Shown here piece after piece: positions 40,591-49,848 of a stretch of 64,000 bases of DNA. The DNA is taken from the NCBI GenBank assembly GCA_963663405.2, contig CAXXSM010000021.1:32001-96000 (forward strand), written 5' to 3'. The first letter of the stretch is position 1; every line of letters begins with the position of its first letter. Made by a program: the position numbers and the translations under genes. The notes beneath the pieces are model-generated. The model worked only from the letters and a program-made list of their open reading frames with translations, ran no database searches and had not been told where the DNA came from. This DNA comes from a bacterium. GTDB lineage: Bacteria > Hinthialibacterota > Hinthialibacteria > Hinthialibacterales > Hinthialibacteraceae.

Positions 40591-41277
40591 TTACAGGTTA
40601 TCGGAAGGAACAAAGCCGTTGAATTCACCCCGGAAGACACCGAAATCGCCATCACTGGCAACGCCATTTGTAGGACTGAAAATAACGACAGGTTGAAGGG
40701 CGGTTTCTCCGTACACACTGTACAATCGGCGGCGGATTTGGAGTTGTGTTGTATTGGGAAGCGGATAAAGGCTAAGCAGGGAATCACTTCGATCTGGTCC
40801 AATGCTGTAAACGCCGATCCCTTGATAACGGGAAAAGTCATCGCCGAGAAAGTCTGGATAGTGGACGTAGATAAACCCATGTTTTGAATCGGTATTCGAT
40901 GAACTGAGGCTGAACGATTCCCCCAGCTCCGATTCAATCTGTTCTGAAATCGAGACGCGTTGGAAAGGATCAGGGACGTTGGTGTCCTGAATATACATGC
41001 CATTGTAGGATAATGGTTCAAGATCGAGACGGGTGTCGTAATAAATGCTGTGTGGATAATAGCCCCGGTCTTGCTGGAAAAGCTGGGCGGCGTTGGCGAA
41101 TTCAACAAGCGTCTGCTTGGCTGCGGTAATCGTTGCCCGGGTCTTCATCTCTAACAACTGCGGAATCGCGATGCCGGATAAAATACCAATCACCGCCAGC
41201 ACGGTTATCAACTCACCTAGAGTGAAACCACGCTCGCAATTTTTATAGTTTGTAACATTCACCATCACAATCCGCAT
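40591..41277 (-). CDS. Prepilin-type pseudopilin, divergent paralog
   Basis: RGFTLGELITVLAVIGILSGIAIP; shares DPF, SIGPD and TNGVASDGD motifs with the other two. Confidence 0.85.
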   Translation of the reverse strand: MRIVMVNVTNYKNCERGFTLGELITVLAVIGILSGIAIPQLLEMKTRATITAAKQTLVEFANAAQLFQQDRGYYPHSIYYDTRLDLEPLSYNGMYIQDTNVPDPFQRVSISEQIESELGESFSLSSSNTDSKHGFIYVHYPDFLGDDFSRYQGIGVYSIGPDRSDSLLSLYPLPNTTQLQIRRRLYSVYGETALQPVVIFSPTNGVASDGDFGVFRGEFNGFVPSDNL

Positions 41278-41415
41278 GAAAAACCCCCAGCGGAAAACAA
41301 GACTCTACCTGTTTTTTATTATATAATCATATTTGTGATCTGACAAGATACTTTTTTTTTAAATTTTGTGAAGCTTTTTTACCTTTTTTAGTGTCTCATT
41401 AATTAGGAAAATAAA

Positions 41416-42105
41416 GTGAGGGAAATCAGGTTGATAGATATGGTCGTCGTATCGAATGAACGTATCGCCTCTTCGAAAAGGACGGGCCGGAGTGGATCGC
41501 CTGCCAGCTCGTCCGTAGAGAATATCAACACCGAATCTTTATTATTGCGGGTAAAGGATGGAGATTCTGTCGCGGTGAAAATTCTTTTTGATCGCTATTA
41601 CTTCCAAGTGATCGGATTCATCCGCCGATTTGTCGATGAGTCAGACGTGGAAGATGTAGCCCAGGAGGTTTTCATGAGTGTCTTTCAACGAATGAACAAA
41701 ATCCAGAATCCCTCCGCGTTTGAAGGTTATCTCTTCCGGTCGGCGAAAAACCGCAGCGTCAACTGGCTACGGAAAAAACACCGCCTGCGCGAACTTGTTC
41801 AATTGGTCATCTATGCGGCGAACACGTGGAAGGAAAATACCGGTTCCAACGAAACGGCCCGGCTGGACGCAGTCAATAATCTAATCGAATCGCTGCCAGC
41901 CGAAACTCGAAGATATATCGATCTATTCTACTTACGGAAACAATCACGTGCGGAAATCGCGTCCCAGCTCAACCAATCGCCTTCTACCGTCTATCGGCGG
42001 ATCGCCGAAGCGAGAGCGGCTCTCCTCGAACACGCGCGTTCGAATAATATACAGATTTCTTTTGATGGGCGGCATGGGCTGACCCTAAATGGAATTGAGG
42101 CGTGA
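41416..42105 (+). CDS. ECF RNA polymerase sigma factor
   Basis: VEDVAQEVF, FEGYLFRSAKN, EIASQLNQSPSTVYRRI; start uncertain. Confidence 0.88.
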   Translation: MREIRLIDMVVVSNERIASSKRTGRSGSPASSSVENINTESLLLRVKDGDSVAVKILFDRYYFQVIGFIRRFVDESDVEDVAQEVFMSVFQRMNKIQNPSAFEGYLFRSAKNRSVNWLRKKHRLRELVQLVIYAANTWKENTGSNETARLDAVNNLIESLPAETRRYIDLFYLRKQSRAEIASQLNQSPSTVYRRIAEARAALLEHARSNNIQISFDGRHGLTLNGIEA

Positions 42106-43019
42106 TTATGAATACGAAACCATTCCTGTCCAGTGAACAACTCGCCATGTATCAGGATGGGCTTCTCCCGGAAGAGGACCGGAAGCGGGTTGAAACGCTG
42201 CTGGAGTCAGATCCAGAAACGCAAAACCGTCTGCATGAATTGGAACAATTGGATGAAACCCTTGTCGAATGGGGGCGCCGAAACCGGATGCGCGAGGCGG
42301 TGGCGCGGAACGTGCGATTGAATCGAAGCCACGCGCGCCAAGAGAAACAAACTTGGTTCGTGCTTTCTTCCCCTATGGTCTCCATTGGTTGGGCCGCTGT
42401 CTTCGCCTGCCTATTCACGATTTGGTGGTGGGCTCCATTTTCGTCCCATCCTCCTAAGATTGTCGTGATAGGCGCCGTGGAATGGACAAGAACAGATGGC
42501 GGCGCTGTTGAAGATATACCTCGGATTGGAGATCGTATCCATGTCGAGAAGGGATATCTCGCTCTTCAGATGGGGGATCGCAGTTCCATTCTGGAAGTCG
42601 GAGCCGATTCCCAAGCGCAACTGTTAGGCCCCCGTCATCTCCGGGTGGATCAAGGCGCTGTCTGCAATACTGTAAGCAAAGATCCAAAACATCCCTATAT
42701 AGTGGTTACGCCACACGGTACCGTCCAGGTTCTCGGTACTGTTTTCACTGTCGAGGTCACCGAAGAAAAAACCGTCGTTCAAGTAAACGAAGGGAGGGTC
42801 CGTCTGGTTCCTAATAATCAAAAGACGTCCGATCAAGATATTATTAACGCAGGTTACGCAGCGGATCTCTGCGTGGATCGTGTATCGAAACCACGCAAAT
42901 TTAACCGGACCGAATTTAATCAGTATGTAGCCAAGTCATATAAAATGGCGATCAAACAAGGCGGAATGGACACAAAGGGCATGGCGTCAACGCTAAAGAA
43001 AACCAGCGTGTCTCATTAG
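42102..43019 (+). CDS. FecR-domain anti-sigma factor
   Basis: N-terminal anti-sigma domain, TM, FecR motif VVTPHGTVQVLGTVFTV...VQVNEGRV. Confidence 0.88.
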   Translation: MIMNTKPFLSSEQLAMYQDGLLPEEDRKRVETLLESDPETQNRLHELEQLDETLVEWGRRNRMREAVARNVRLNRSHARQEKQTWFVLSSPMVSIGWAAVFACLFTIWWWAPFSSHPPKIVVIGAVEWTRTDGGAVEDIPRIGDRIHVEKGYLALQMGDRSSILEVGADSQAQLLGPRHLRVDQGAVCNTVSKDPKHPYIVVTPHGTVQVLGTVFTVEVTEEKTVVQVNEGRVRLVPNNQKTSDQDIINAGYAADLCVDRVSKPRKFNRTEFNQYVAKSYKMAIKQGGMDTKGMASTLKKTSVSH

Positions 43020-43037
43020 AATGATGAAAGGCGTTAC

Positions 43038-45548
43038 ATGGTGGACAGACTTCGAATATCCGGCATCCGGCCGCTGCTCTTGACGGCGGTCATTGCGTCC
43101 CTCATCGCGTCTACAGCCTGCCCCGAACCTCCCACTGTCCAATCCATTCGTTCCTGGACAGGTTTGGAAAATTTAGTCACGGGTATGATTCTCGAACCGG
43201 ACGGCTCGTTGCTTATCTTGGAAAACGATTCCGGTGAATTAACCCGTTTGCATTTGGGCCGGAATAATACATTGCGTCAAATCGAGACCGTGGCTAAAGG
43301 TTTCGAAGATCCCATCGCCCTTGCCCGGACAGATGGCGGCAAATTACTCATCGCGGAACGTACGTCCGGCCGAATTATCTATTTGGATAATACTATTAGA
43401 AGTGTTGTTTATAGAGGATTGGAAGACATTTCCTCTATCCGCTTAGACGCGAACGGATTTCTCTGGGTGACGGAACTCGAACCGGGCCGCCTTTCGCGGA
43501 TCAATCTGATTACCGGTGTGAATCGGCTCATTGCGGAAGGATTGAATTTCCCCAGCGACGTGATCCCTTTGTCCAATGCGCTGGTTGTGTCGGAAATGGT
43601 CGATAACGCCGGTTCGCTTGGAAGGATCACGAACAGCGCTCTAACGCCCATCACTGATGCGGAACTCGTTTCAGGGGAACAACTCATCGGCGTGAACGCG
43701 ATTTCATTATCGTCCATATCTTCTATCACACTGTCCTCAACGATACAAAGCCAGTCCAGTTTAATGGGCGCGGTTACAAACACATCAGTTATCGATCCGG
43801 TCCGTATGGCTGTCGATCCGCGCAATTCAAATCACATCTTTGTCAGTGTACGCTATCTTGAGACAACAAATTCCGTAACAGCGGCTTCTTCCAGCGGGGC
43901 GGTTCTCATAATGGATCGGACCAAAGGAACGATCCTTCGAACTTTCGCGGATGATTTGTATGGTCCGACGGATATTATTCCTGTAAATACTGGAATTTAC
44001 GTGCTGGAAGAACAAGCCGAACGCATCACATTCATCCGGTGGAACGGAAACCGGACGATCATCTGGGATGGACTGGGAACGCCTTCCCGGATTTCAGTCA
44101 CCAACCGATATGGGCTGAATATTCTTGTAACCAGTCAAACACCCAGCGCCCGGCTCCGGCGAATCCGCACGGATGGAACGATCGGTTATTCCTCAGAGGA
44201 AACTCCGCTTCGCGCGAAGGTTGGAGGATTTCTTGAACGGAGCGATGGTTCGCTTCTGATTTCCTTCCCCGCTTTTGGCGCGATCTATTCTTTAAGCTGG
44301 GGCGCAGACGCGGAAATATTTTCGCTGGAAGTATTTTCGCCAACTCGACTGCGGTTGTCTCCCAACGACACAGTCTGGGCGCTCGATCCGATTATGAACG
44401 AAATTCTTCATCTTAATCTCGCTGGACAGATCCTGGGACGGTATCCTGGAAAGGAGTACCAGCTGAACGATTTCGATCTGGAGTGGCCGGAGGAAGATTC
44501 GGATCTAAGCGCGGATTTCATTACTGGCGCGGTTACGGAACGAGCGCTCTATGCGCTGGACAATATAAATGGGCATCTCCTAGTTTATAATCGTGAGACG
44601 GGCGCGTTTGAGCCGATTTACAATCGATCGGACAACACACTCGCATCCTCTGATCGTGTTTTTGTACGAATTCCATCGCGGGGATTCGTCACCGCGCAAA
44701 ATAGTGGACTGGGATATATTCATTGGATTGACGATGATGGCACAGTCACCAAATTGGCGGATGGATTCGATGGGATCACAGACCTGGCTTGGCTTGAGGG
44801 ATGGGGCGTCTTCGCGCTTTCTGAAAATGGCTGGGTTCGATCTCTAAATCTCTCCTTTTCCGATGAAACAGTTGATCAAACAGCCACGTCAACACCCACG
44901 CCCGATACTGGGACCATCGAACCAACGGTGATACCCTCTCGAAATACACCTATTCCGGTAGAAGAGAGTCCAATTCCCATCGATAATCTAAACACTTCCA
45001 CTCCTACACCAACAAATACATCGGCTCCAACACCGACATCGACCGCTACGCCGACACCGACATCAACTTCAACACCAACACTTACATCGACCCTAGTTCC
45101 GACATCAACATCCACGCAGGTACCAACAGCAACGGAAACAGCGGCGCCTACATCTACACCAACGCCGGTTCCCACAACGACAGAGACACCGGCTCCAACA
45201 TCTACGGCAACGCCGGTTCCCACAGCGACAGAGACACCGGCTCCAACATCTACGGCAACACCGATTCCAACAGCGACAGAGACACCGGCTCCAACATCTA
45301 CGGCAACACCGATTCCAACAGCGACAGAGACACCGGCTCCAACATCTACGGCAACACCGATTCCAACAGCGACAGAGACACCGGCTCCAACATCTACGGC
45401 AACGCCGGTTCCTACAGCGACAGAAACGCTAACGCCGACATCTACACCAACGCCGATTCCAACAGCAACACCCACTCCAACATTTACAGCGACGCCTACT
45501 CCTACATCTTTAATTGACACACCCGTCCTTGATTGGCGCCTTCATTAA
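43038..45548 (+). CDS. Secreted NHL/SMP-30-like beta-propeller protein with Pro/Thr linker, ending TPVLDWRLH
   Basis: Signal peptide; repeated (A)xG(F/L)xxPxx blades; long PT-rich stalk. Confidence 0.85.
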   Translation: MVDRLRISGIRPLLLTAVIASLIASTACPEPPTVQSIRSWTGLENLVTGMILEPDGSLLILENDSGELTRLHLGRNNTLRQIETVAKGFEDPIALARTDGGKLLIAERTSGRIIYLDNTIRSVVYRGLEDISSIRLDANGFLWVTELEPGRLSRINLITGVNRLIAEGLNFPSDVIPLSNALVVSEMVDNAGSLGRITNSALTPITDAELVSGEQLIGVNAISLSSISSITLSSTIQSQSSLMGAVTNTSVIDPVRMAVDPRNSNHIFVSVRYLETTNSVTAASSSGAVLIMDRTKGTILRTFADDLYGPTDIIPVNTGIYVLEEQAERITFIRWNGNRTIIWDGLGTPSRISVTNRYGLNILVTSQTPSARLRRIRTDGTIGYSSEETPLRAKVGGFLERSDGSLLISFPAFGAIYSLSWGADAEIFSLEVFSPTRLRLSPNDTVWALDPIMNEILHLNLAGQILGRYPGKEYQLNDFDLEWPEEDSDLSADFITGAVTERALYALDNINGHLLVYNRETGAFEPIYNRSDNTLASSDRVFVRIPSRGFVTAQNSGLGYIHWIDDDGTVTKLADGFDGITDLAWLEGWGVFALSENGWVRSLNLSFSDETVDQTATSTPTPDTGTIEPTVIPSRNTPIPVEESPIPIDNLNTSTPTPTNTSAPTPTSTATPTPTSTSTPTLTSTLVPTSTSTQVPTATETAAPTSTPTPVPTTTETPAPTSTATPVPTATETPAPTSTATPIPTATETPAPTSTATPIPTATETPAPTSTATPIPTATETPAPTSTATPVPTATETLTPTSTPTPIPTATPTPTFTATPTPTSLIDTPVLDWRLH
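45132..45467 (+). repeat. 48-bp coding tandem repeat ([12 protein letters not shown][VI]PTA)
   Basis: Five near-identical units at 45180-45419 plus one degenerate unit on each side. Confidence 0.92.
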
Positions 45549-45631
45549 TTTCATCGCGAAATCCGGCTACACAAACAAAAGAACTGTATCTTGATCTGCT
45601 CTCCTTACACTGTTGATAGTGTGTAAATAGC

Positions 45632-45901
45632 ATGTCGTCTCCCAAAGAGATTATCGCCTACATTTCTTCTCCCACGGGAATGGAAGGTTTTGAATATGAT
45701 CTGCATAACTCCCCAATTAAATTGGCGGATCTGCCCTTCCCAAACGGTCAATACACCGCGCATTATTTCGATCTAAAATCGGGCCCGGCCGGTTCGAGAA
45801 AACGGACAATTCATGATGGAAGGGCGTCCTTTGGCGCGCCCATTTTTATTGATGATCTCGCGATTCATATCATTCACCCCTCCTACGATCAAACCCAATA
45901 A
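45632..45901 (+). CDS. Small hypothetical protein or orphan C-terminal domain fragment
   Basis: 89-aa ORF; YTAHYFDLKSG...APIFIDDLAIHI resembles C-terminal beta domains of glycoside hydrolases; no clear RBS. Confidence 0.35.
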   Translation: MSSPKEIIAYISSPTGMEGFEYDLHNSPIKLADLPFPNGQYTAHYFDLKSGPAGSRKRTIHDGRASFGAPIFIDDLAIHIIHPSYDQTQ

Positions 45902-46054
45902 AACCTGCGTTAAACTTTTTTGCCTTCCCATTGCCTTCTTTGAAGCTTTCCTGCATTTTTCTGTGTCTTATACATTGAAAGGCAGAAAACGAAAGCGCGC
46001 TTTCCAAAACACAACAAAGAAAACAAACACAAAAATAAAAGAGGAGTTAGTACA

Positions 46055-46939
46055 ATGAATCGAGGATTGTTAGTCAAACGAGCCGTATGGGTAATGGGAA
46101 TCGTGATGGTCCTTTCGTGCGTGGGGATGGCGTTGCCCGCCACCTCCCAGATTCTGACATTGGGAAACAACAATAGCGCTGCAAATGGAAACATACGTGT
46201 CATCGGCGCCGGTCAGAGCAACCAAGTTAGAACCGGTCTTATCGGAACCACGGATGACGATGAGGAACTCATTTCCATCGATGGCGTTGGTATTCCCGTC
46301 TCACTAATTGATGAATTGATTGGCGAAGATGGGGATATTGACGAACTGCCGGAAGTCACTGAAAACAATCTCCGCCGTTGGTATCGCTGGTGCTGTCGTT
46401 GCTGCTGCTGGTGTTTACCGTGCCGTTGTTTGAAACCCAGAATGATGGGCGTTCTGACCTCTGTCTCCGAGGATGAAGTCACACTGATCAATGGCTTGGT
46501 CACCGTCGATATCTCCGAAGCGAAAATCTACTTCCCCCCCTGGCGCCGCGCTCTAGAGGTGGATGAAACAGAGGAAGAGGTTGAACCCACCCTCCAAGTG
46601 GGTGACCGGGTGAAAATTTTTGGAACGACTTCAGAAGAAGGCGATTTTATAGCGAAATGGGTCGTGGTTGTTCCTCCTCTCGGAGAAGGGATAATCGCCG
46701 GCCGGTTGGAAGAATACTATCCTGACGCGGGCGTCTTTGGCGCCGCGGGTCAAAAAATCATCTTCGACGATGAAACCATCATCGTGTACAGGATGAGACG
46801 CGTTCAGGCGGCGGATGTCGATTGGACACGGAGAATCTGCGTCCGCGCTCATGTCGAATCCCTCACTCCAGAAGATTCGGGTATACTGCGCGCGATCTTT
46901 ATCGTAGTCAAATTCTTACCCGATCCAGTAGAGCCGTAA
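46055..46939 (+). CDS. Secreted DUF5666-like protein with Cys/Trp-rich segment
   Basis: GAGGAG RBS, signal peptide, two OB-like repeats (LQVGDRVKIFG...FIAKWV; ICVRAH...LRAIFI). Confidence 0.75.
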   Translation: MNRGLLVKRAVWVMGIVMVLSCVGMALPATSQILTLGNNNSAANGNIRVIGAGQSNQVRTGLIGTTDDDEELISIDGVGIPVSLIDELIGEDGDIDELPEVTENNLRRWYRWCCRCCCWCLPCRCLKPRMMGVLTSVSEDEVTLINGLVTVDISEAKIYFPPWRRALEVDETEEEVEPTLQVGDRVKIFGTTSEEGDFIAKWVVVVPPLGEGIIAGRLEEYYPDAGVFGAAGQKIIFDDETIIVYRMRRVQAADVDWTRRICVRAHVESLTPEDSGILRAIFIVVKFLPDPVEP

Positions 46940-46973
46940 ATAAACGAACCACTCCACACACTTTCATTTGTTC

Positions 46974-47008
46974 GCCGGGAAGCGTTCACACGCAACCCGG
47001 TTTTTTTT
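46974..47008 (+). terminator. Intrinsic terminator
   Basis: GCCGGG..GCGT-loop-ACGC..CCCGG followed by T8. Confidence 0.8.
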
Positions 47009-47041
47009 CATAAATCAAAAATTATCACAAAATCGATTGAC

Positions 47042-47079
47042 GTAACACTATTTACAAATTCGTGTTACATGTATATGAT
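47042..47079 (+). promoter_or_regulatory. Sigma-70 promoter with overlapping NikR-like operator
   Basis: Perfect inverted repeat GTAACAC-N13-GTGTTAC (47042-47068) overlapping TTTACA-N17-TATGAT (47051-47079). Confidence 0.65.
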
Positions 47080-47139
47080 AAAATCAACTCACCTGAAAGT
47101 CCGGTTGAGCGTAAACGATTTATTGAAAGAGAGAAGACA

Positions 47140-47919
47140 ATGAAAAAAACGATCTTTTACGGTACTCTTATGGCAGCAGTATTTGCTTCCAGCGCATTCG
47201 CTCACTTTCCAATGTTAACATGTGACACGATCTTTGGAGAGTCCAACCAACCCGTCCAAATCGTATTCGCTGTTGGGCATCCTTATGAACAGGAATACGA
47301 AAACGCGATGAAACCAGAGCGGGTAACAGCGATTCTTCCAAACGGAAATACGATGGATCTCACCGCTCAATTGCAAGAGAAAAAGATCCCTTACAAGGGA
47401 GAATCCGTTATTGCTTGGAATCTGGAATACAAACCGAGACGAAGAGGGGATACGATCATCGCGTTGGATACAAAACCACACATCGGTGAAAATAACACAC
47501 TCTATCAGGAATACGTAAAATTAATCGTTCATACTGAAAGCGAAAGAGGCTGGCGCCAACGGACGGGGAAACCTCTTGAAATCGTTCCTCTCACCCGCCC
47601 CTATGGAATCGAAGAGGGCGAAGTCTTTACCGCGCAGTTGATGAAAGGAGACGCGCCGGTCGCGGATGAGACCGTCTATATTGAGCGGTTCCTCATGCAA
47701 GCCCCAGATCCCGATGATCTCCCGCCCGAACCTCTCATCACAAAATCCGTCGTCACCGATCCCAACGGCGTTTTTTCCTGCACGCTGCTAAAGCCGGGTT
47801 GGTGGATCTGCGCGGCGGAAGTAGATGATTTGGGCAAAATCGAACGGGATGGAAAAACAATGACTCTCGAAGCGCTGACAGGCTTGTGGATTCACGTGGA
47901 AAAGAAGCAAAAACAGTAA
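47140..47919 (+). CDS. DUF4198-family periplasmic protein (Ni/Co uptake associated)
   Basis: Signal peptide ending AFA-H (mature N-terminal His), GHP, PLEIVPLTRPYG, TDPNGVF, GWW motifs. Confidence 0.88.
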   Translation: MKKTIFYGTLMAAVFASSAFAHFPMLTCDTIFGESNQPVQIVFAVGHPYEQEYENAMKPERVTAILPNGNTMDLTAQLQEKKIPYKGESVIAWNLEYKPRRRGDTIIALDTKPHIGENNTLYQEYVKLIVHTESERGWRQRTGKPLEIVPLTRPYGIEEGEVFTAQLMKGDAPVADETVYIERFLMQAPDPDDLPPEPLITKSVVTDPNGVFSCTLLKPGWWICAAEVDDLGKIERDGKTMTLEALTGLWIHVEKKQKQ

Positions 47920-48086
47920 TAATACAATCATCCTCTTCAATCCTTTCATTCTAACGTTCCAGCGTGTTGCCCTATTCCCATCATGTGGCTAAAATAATTC
48001 TTTTACTTTATGTATCCATTATCCATAAGCCTGAAACGGCTTCACAGCCGCCTGCAAGACTATTCCCATGCGTCACGGAGATTGAA

Positions 48087-49613
48087 ATGAACGGCAAGTT
48101 TTACCTCACTACGGCGATTTCGTATGTCAACGCGCGTCCTCACATTGGGCACGCCTATGAGTTTATCGCATCGGATGCGATCTGCCGTTTCCGCCGGATG
48201 CAGGGCAAAAAGGTCTTTTTTCTTTCCGGGGTGGACGAACACAGCGCCCAGGTCGAGAAATCCGCGAAGGATGAAGGCGCGCCGCTGCCCGAATACTGCG
48301 ACCGTATGGCGGCTCTCTTCAAAGACCTGCACGAGCGCGTCGATTCCAGCCTGGATGGATTCATCCGCACCAGCGAACCACGCCACCATGACACAACGAA
48401 GGAAATGCTGCGCCGCTCGTATGAAAAAGGCGATATCTATAAAGGATCGTACAAAGGCTGGTATTGCTATTCCTGCGAAGCGTACTATCAAGAGAAGGAA
48501 CTCACGGAAGGGAATTGCCCCGTCCACAACCGCCCGGCGCAATGGATCGAGGAAGAGAATTATTTCTTCAAATTAAGTTCGTATACAGAACAACTCAAAC
48601 GCCATTACGAAGAATGCCCGTCCTTCGTCCAGCCGGACACATACCGGAACGAGATGCTTGCGCTGATGGATCGTGGTTTGCAGGACATCAGTATATCCCG
48701 GTCCACCACGTCGTGGGGAATCCCTCTGCCCTGGGACAGCGGCCATGTCGCCTATGTCTGGTTCGACGCGCTTTCGAACTACCTCACCGGCGTTGGTTTT
48801 TTGAAAGACGATGAGTTGTTCGACACATTCTGGCCCGCCGACGTTCATATAATCGGAAAAGACATCAATCGCTTCCACAGCGTGTTCTGGCCCGCCATGC
48901 TTCTTTCCACAGATCTTCCATTGCCCGAACAAGTGTTTGTGCATGGATTCATCTATCATCGCGGCGAAAAAATGTCTAAAACCATCGGCAACATTGTCGA
49001 TCCGTATTCGCTATTAGATCAGTATGGATGCGATCCCCTGCGTTATTTCCTCCTGCGGGAAATCGCGTTTGGTCAGGATGGCAACTATTCCGAAGAAACC
49101 CTGATCACCCGCTATAACGCCGACTTGGCCAATGACCTGGGCAATCTATTTTCCCGCGTTTTGTCCATGATCAAGAAATATCGGGATAGCGTGGTTCCCT
49201 CCGCTGCGGGAACGGACGATTCGCTCCGGGACGCTGCGCGGGCGGCAGTCTCCGCATACGAAGGGCATATGGAGAAATACACGCTTCATCTTGCCCTTAT
49301 CAGTGTGTGGGAACTGATCTCCCACGCCAACCGCTACGTCGACGAACAAGCCCCCTGGGCCTTGGTGAAGGACGAGAGTAAAGCGGAAATTCTCGATCGG
49401 GTTTTGCTCAATCTTGCGGAAATGCTGCGGACCACGGCGGTTTTGATCTATCCCTTTATGCCAGCGACAGCGGTGGAGATGTTAACACGTCTCGCCTGTC
49501 CAACCGAAACCGGTTATCCGCTGCTAACCGATCTTAAAAAAGCCGATCTTACCGCAGGCAAAACCGTCACACCCGGCGCGCCCCTCTTCCCACGGTTGGA
49601 TCGAAACGGTTGA
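48087..49613 (+). CDS. metG: Methionine--tRNA ligase (short form, no C-terminal tRNA-binding domain)
   Basis: FYLTTAISYVNARPHIGH, DEH, YVWFDAL, IGKDI, KMSKT, ends PLFPRL. Confidence 0.97.
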   Translation: MNGKFYLTTAISYVNARPHIGHAYEFIASDAICRFRRMQGKKVFFLSGVDEHSAQVEKSAKDEGAPLPEYCDRMAALFKDLHERVDSSLDGFIRTSEPRHHDTTKEMLRRSYEKGDIYKGSYKGWYCYSCEAYYQEKELTEGNCPVHNRPAQWIEEENYFFKLSSYTEQLKRHYEECPSFVQPDTYRNEMLALMDRGLQDISISRSTTSWGIPLPWDSGHVAYVWFDALSNYLTGVGFLKDDELFDTFWPADVHIIGKDINRFHSVFWPAMLLSTDLPLPEQVFVHGFIYHRGEKMSKTIGNIVDPYSLLDQYGCDPLRYFLLREIAFGQDGNYSEETLITRYNADLANDLGNLFSRVLSMIKKYRDSVVPSAAGTDDSLRDAARAAVSAYEGHMEKYTLHLALISVWELISHANRYVDEQAPWALVKDESKAEILDRVLLNLAEMLRTTAVLIYPFMPATAVEMLTRLACPTETGYPLLTDLKKADLTAGKTVTPGAPLFPRLDRNG

Positions 49614-49848
49614 TTTCAATTCCCGGCGTTCTGTCAATTCATACATTCAATTCAAAAAAACAATAATTCTCTACTTCCCGCATTACGAACCAATCAAATC
49701 CTTTCGACAATTCTTTACAACTTTTTTGCCAGGAAAAATTTATTAATGATATATTGTCTGCGTCATTATCTCTTCTTTGTATAATTTATGTTTAGGGCCG
49801 CACAGCCCTTGGTGGAAAATAATCAATCAGTGTGTTTGGAGAAGGTTT

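Noticed and set aside
45132-45467. Regular repeats as a possible CRISPR array
   Set aside because: Head-to-tail 48-bp in-frame coding units with no unique spacers and no cas genes.
44876-45520. 214-aa Val/Gly-rich minus-strand ORF
   Set aside because: Antisense shadow of the Pro/Thr tandem repeat in the + strand gene.
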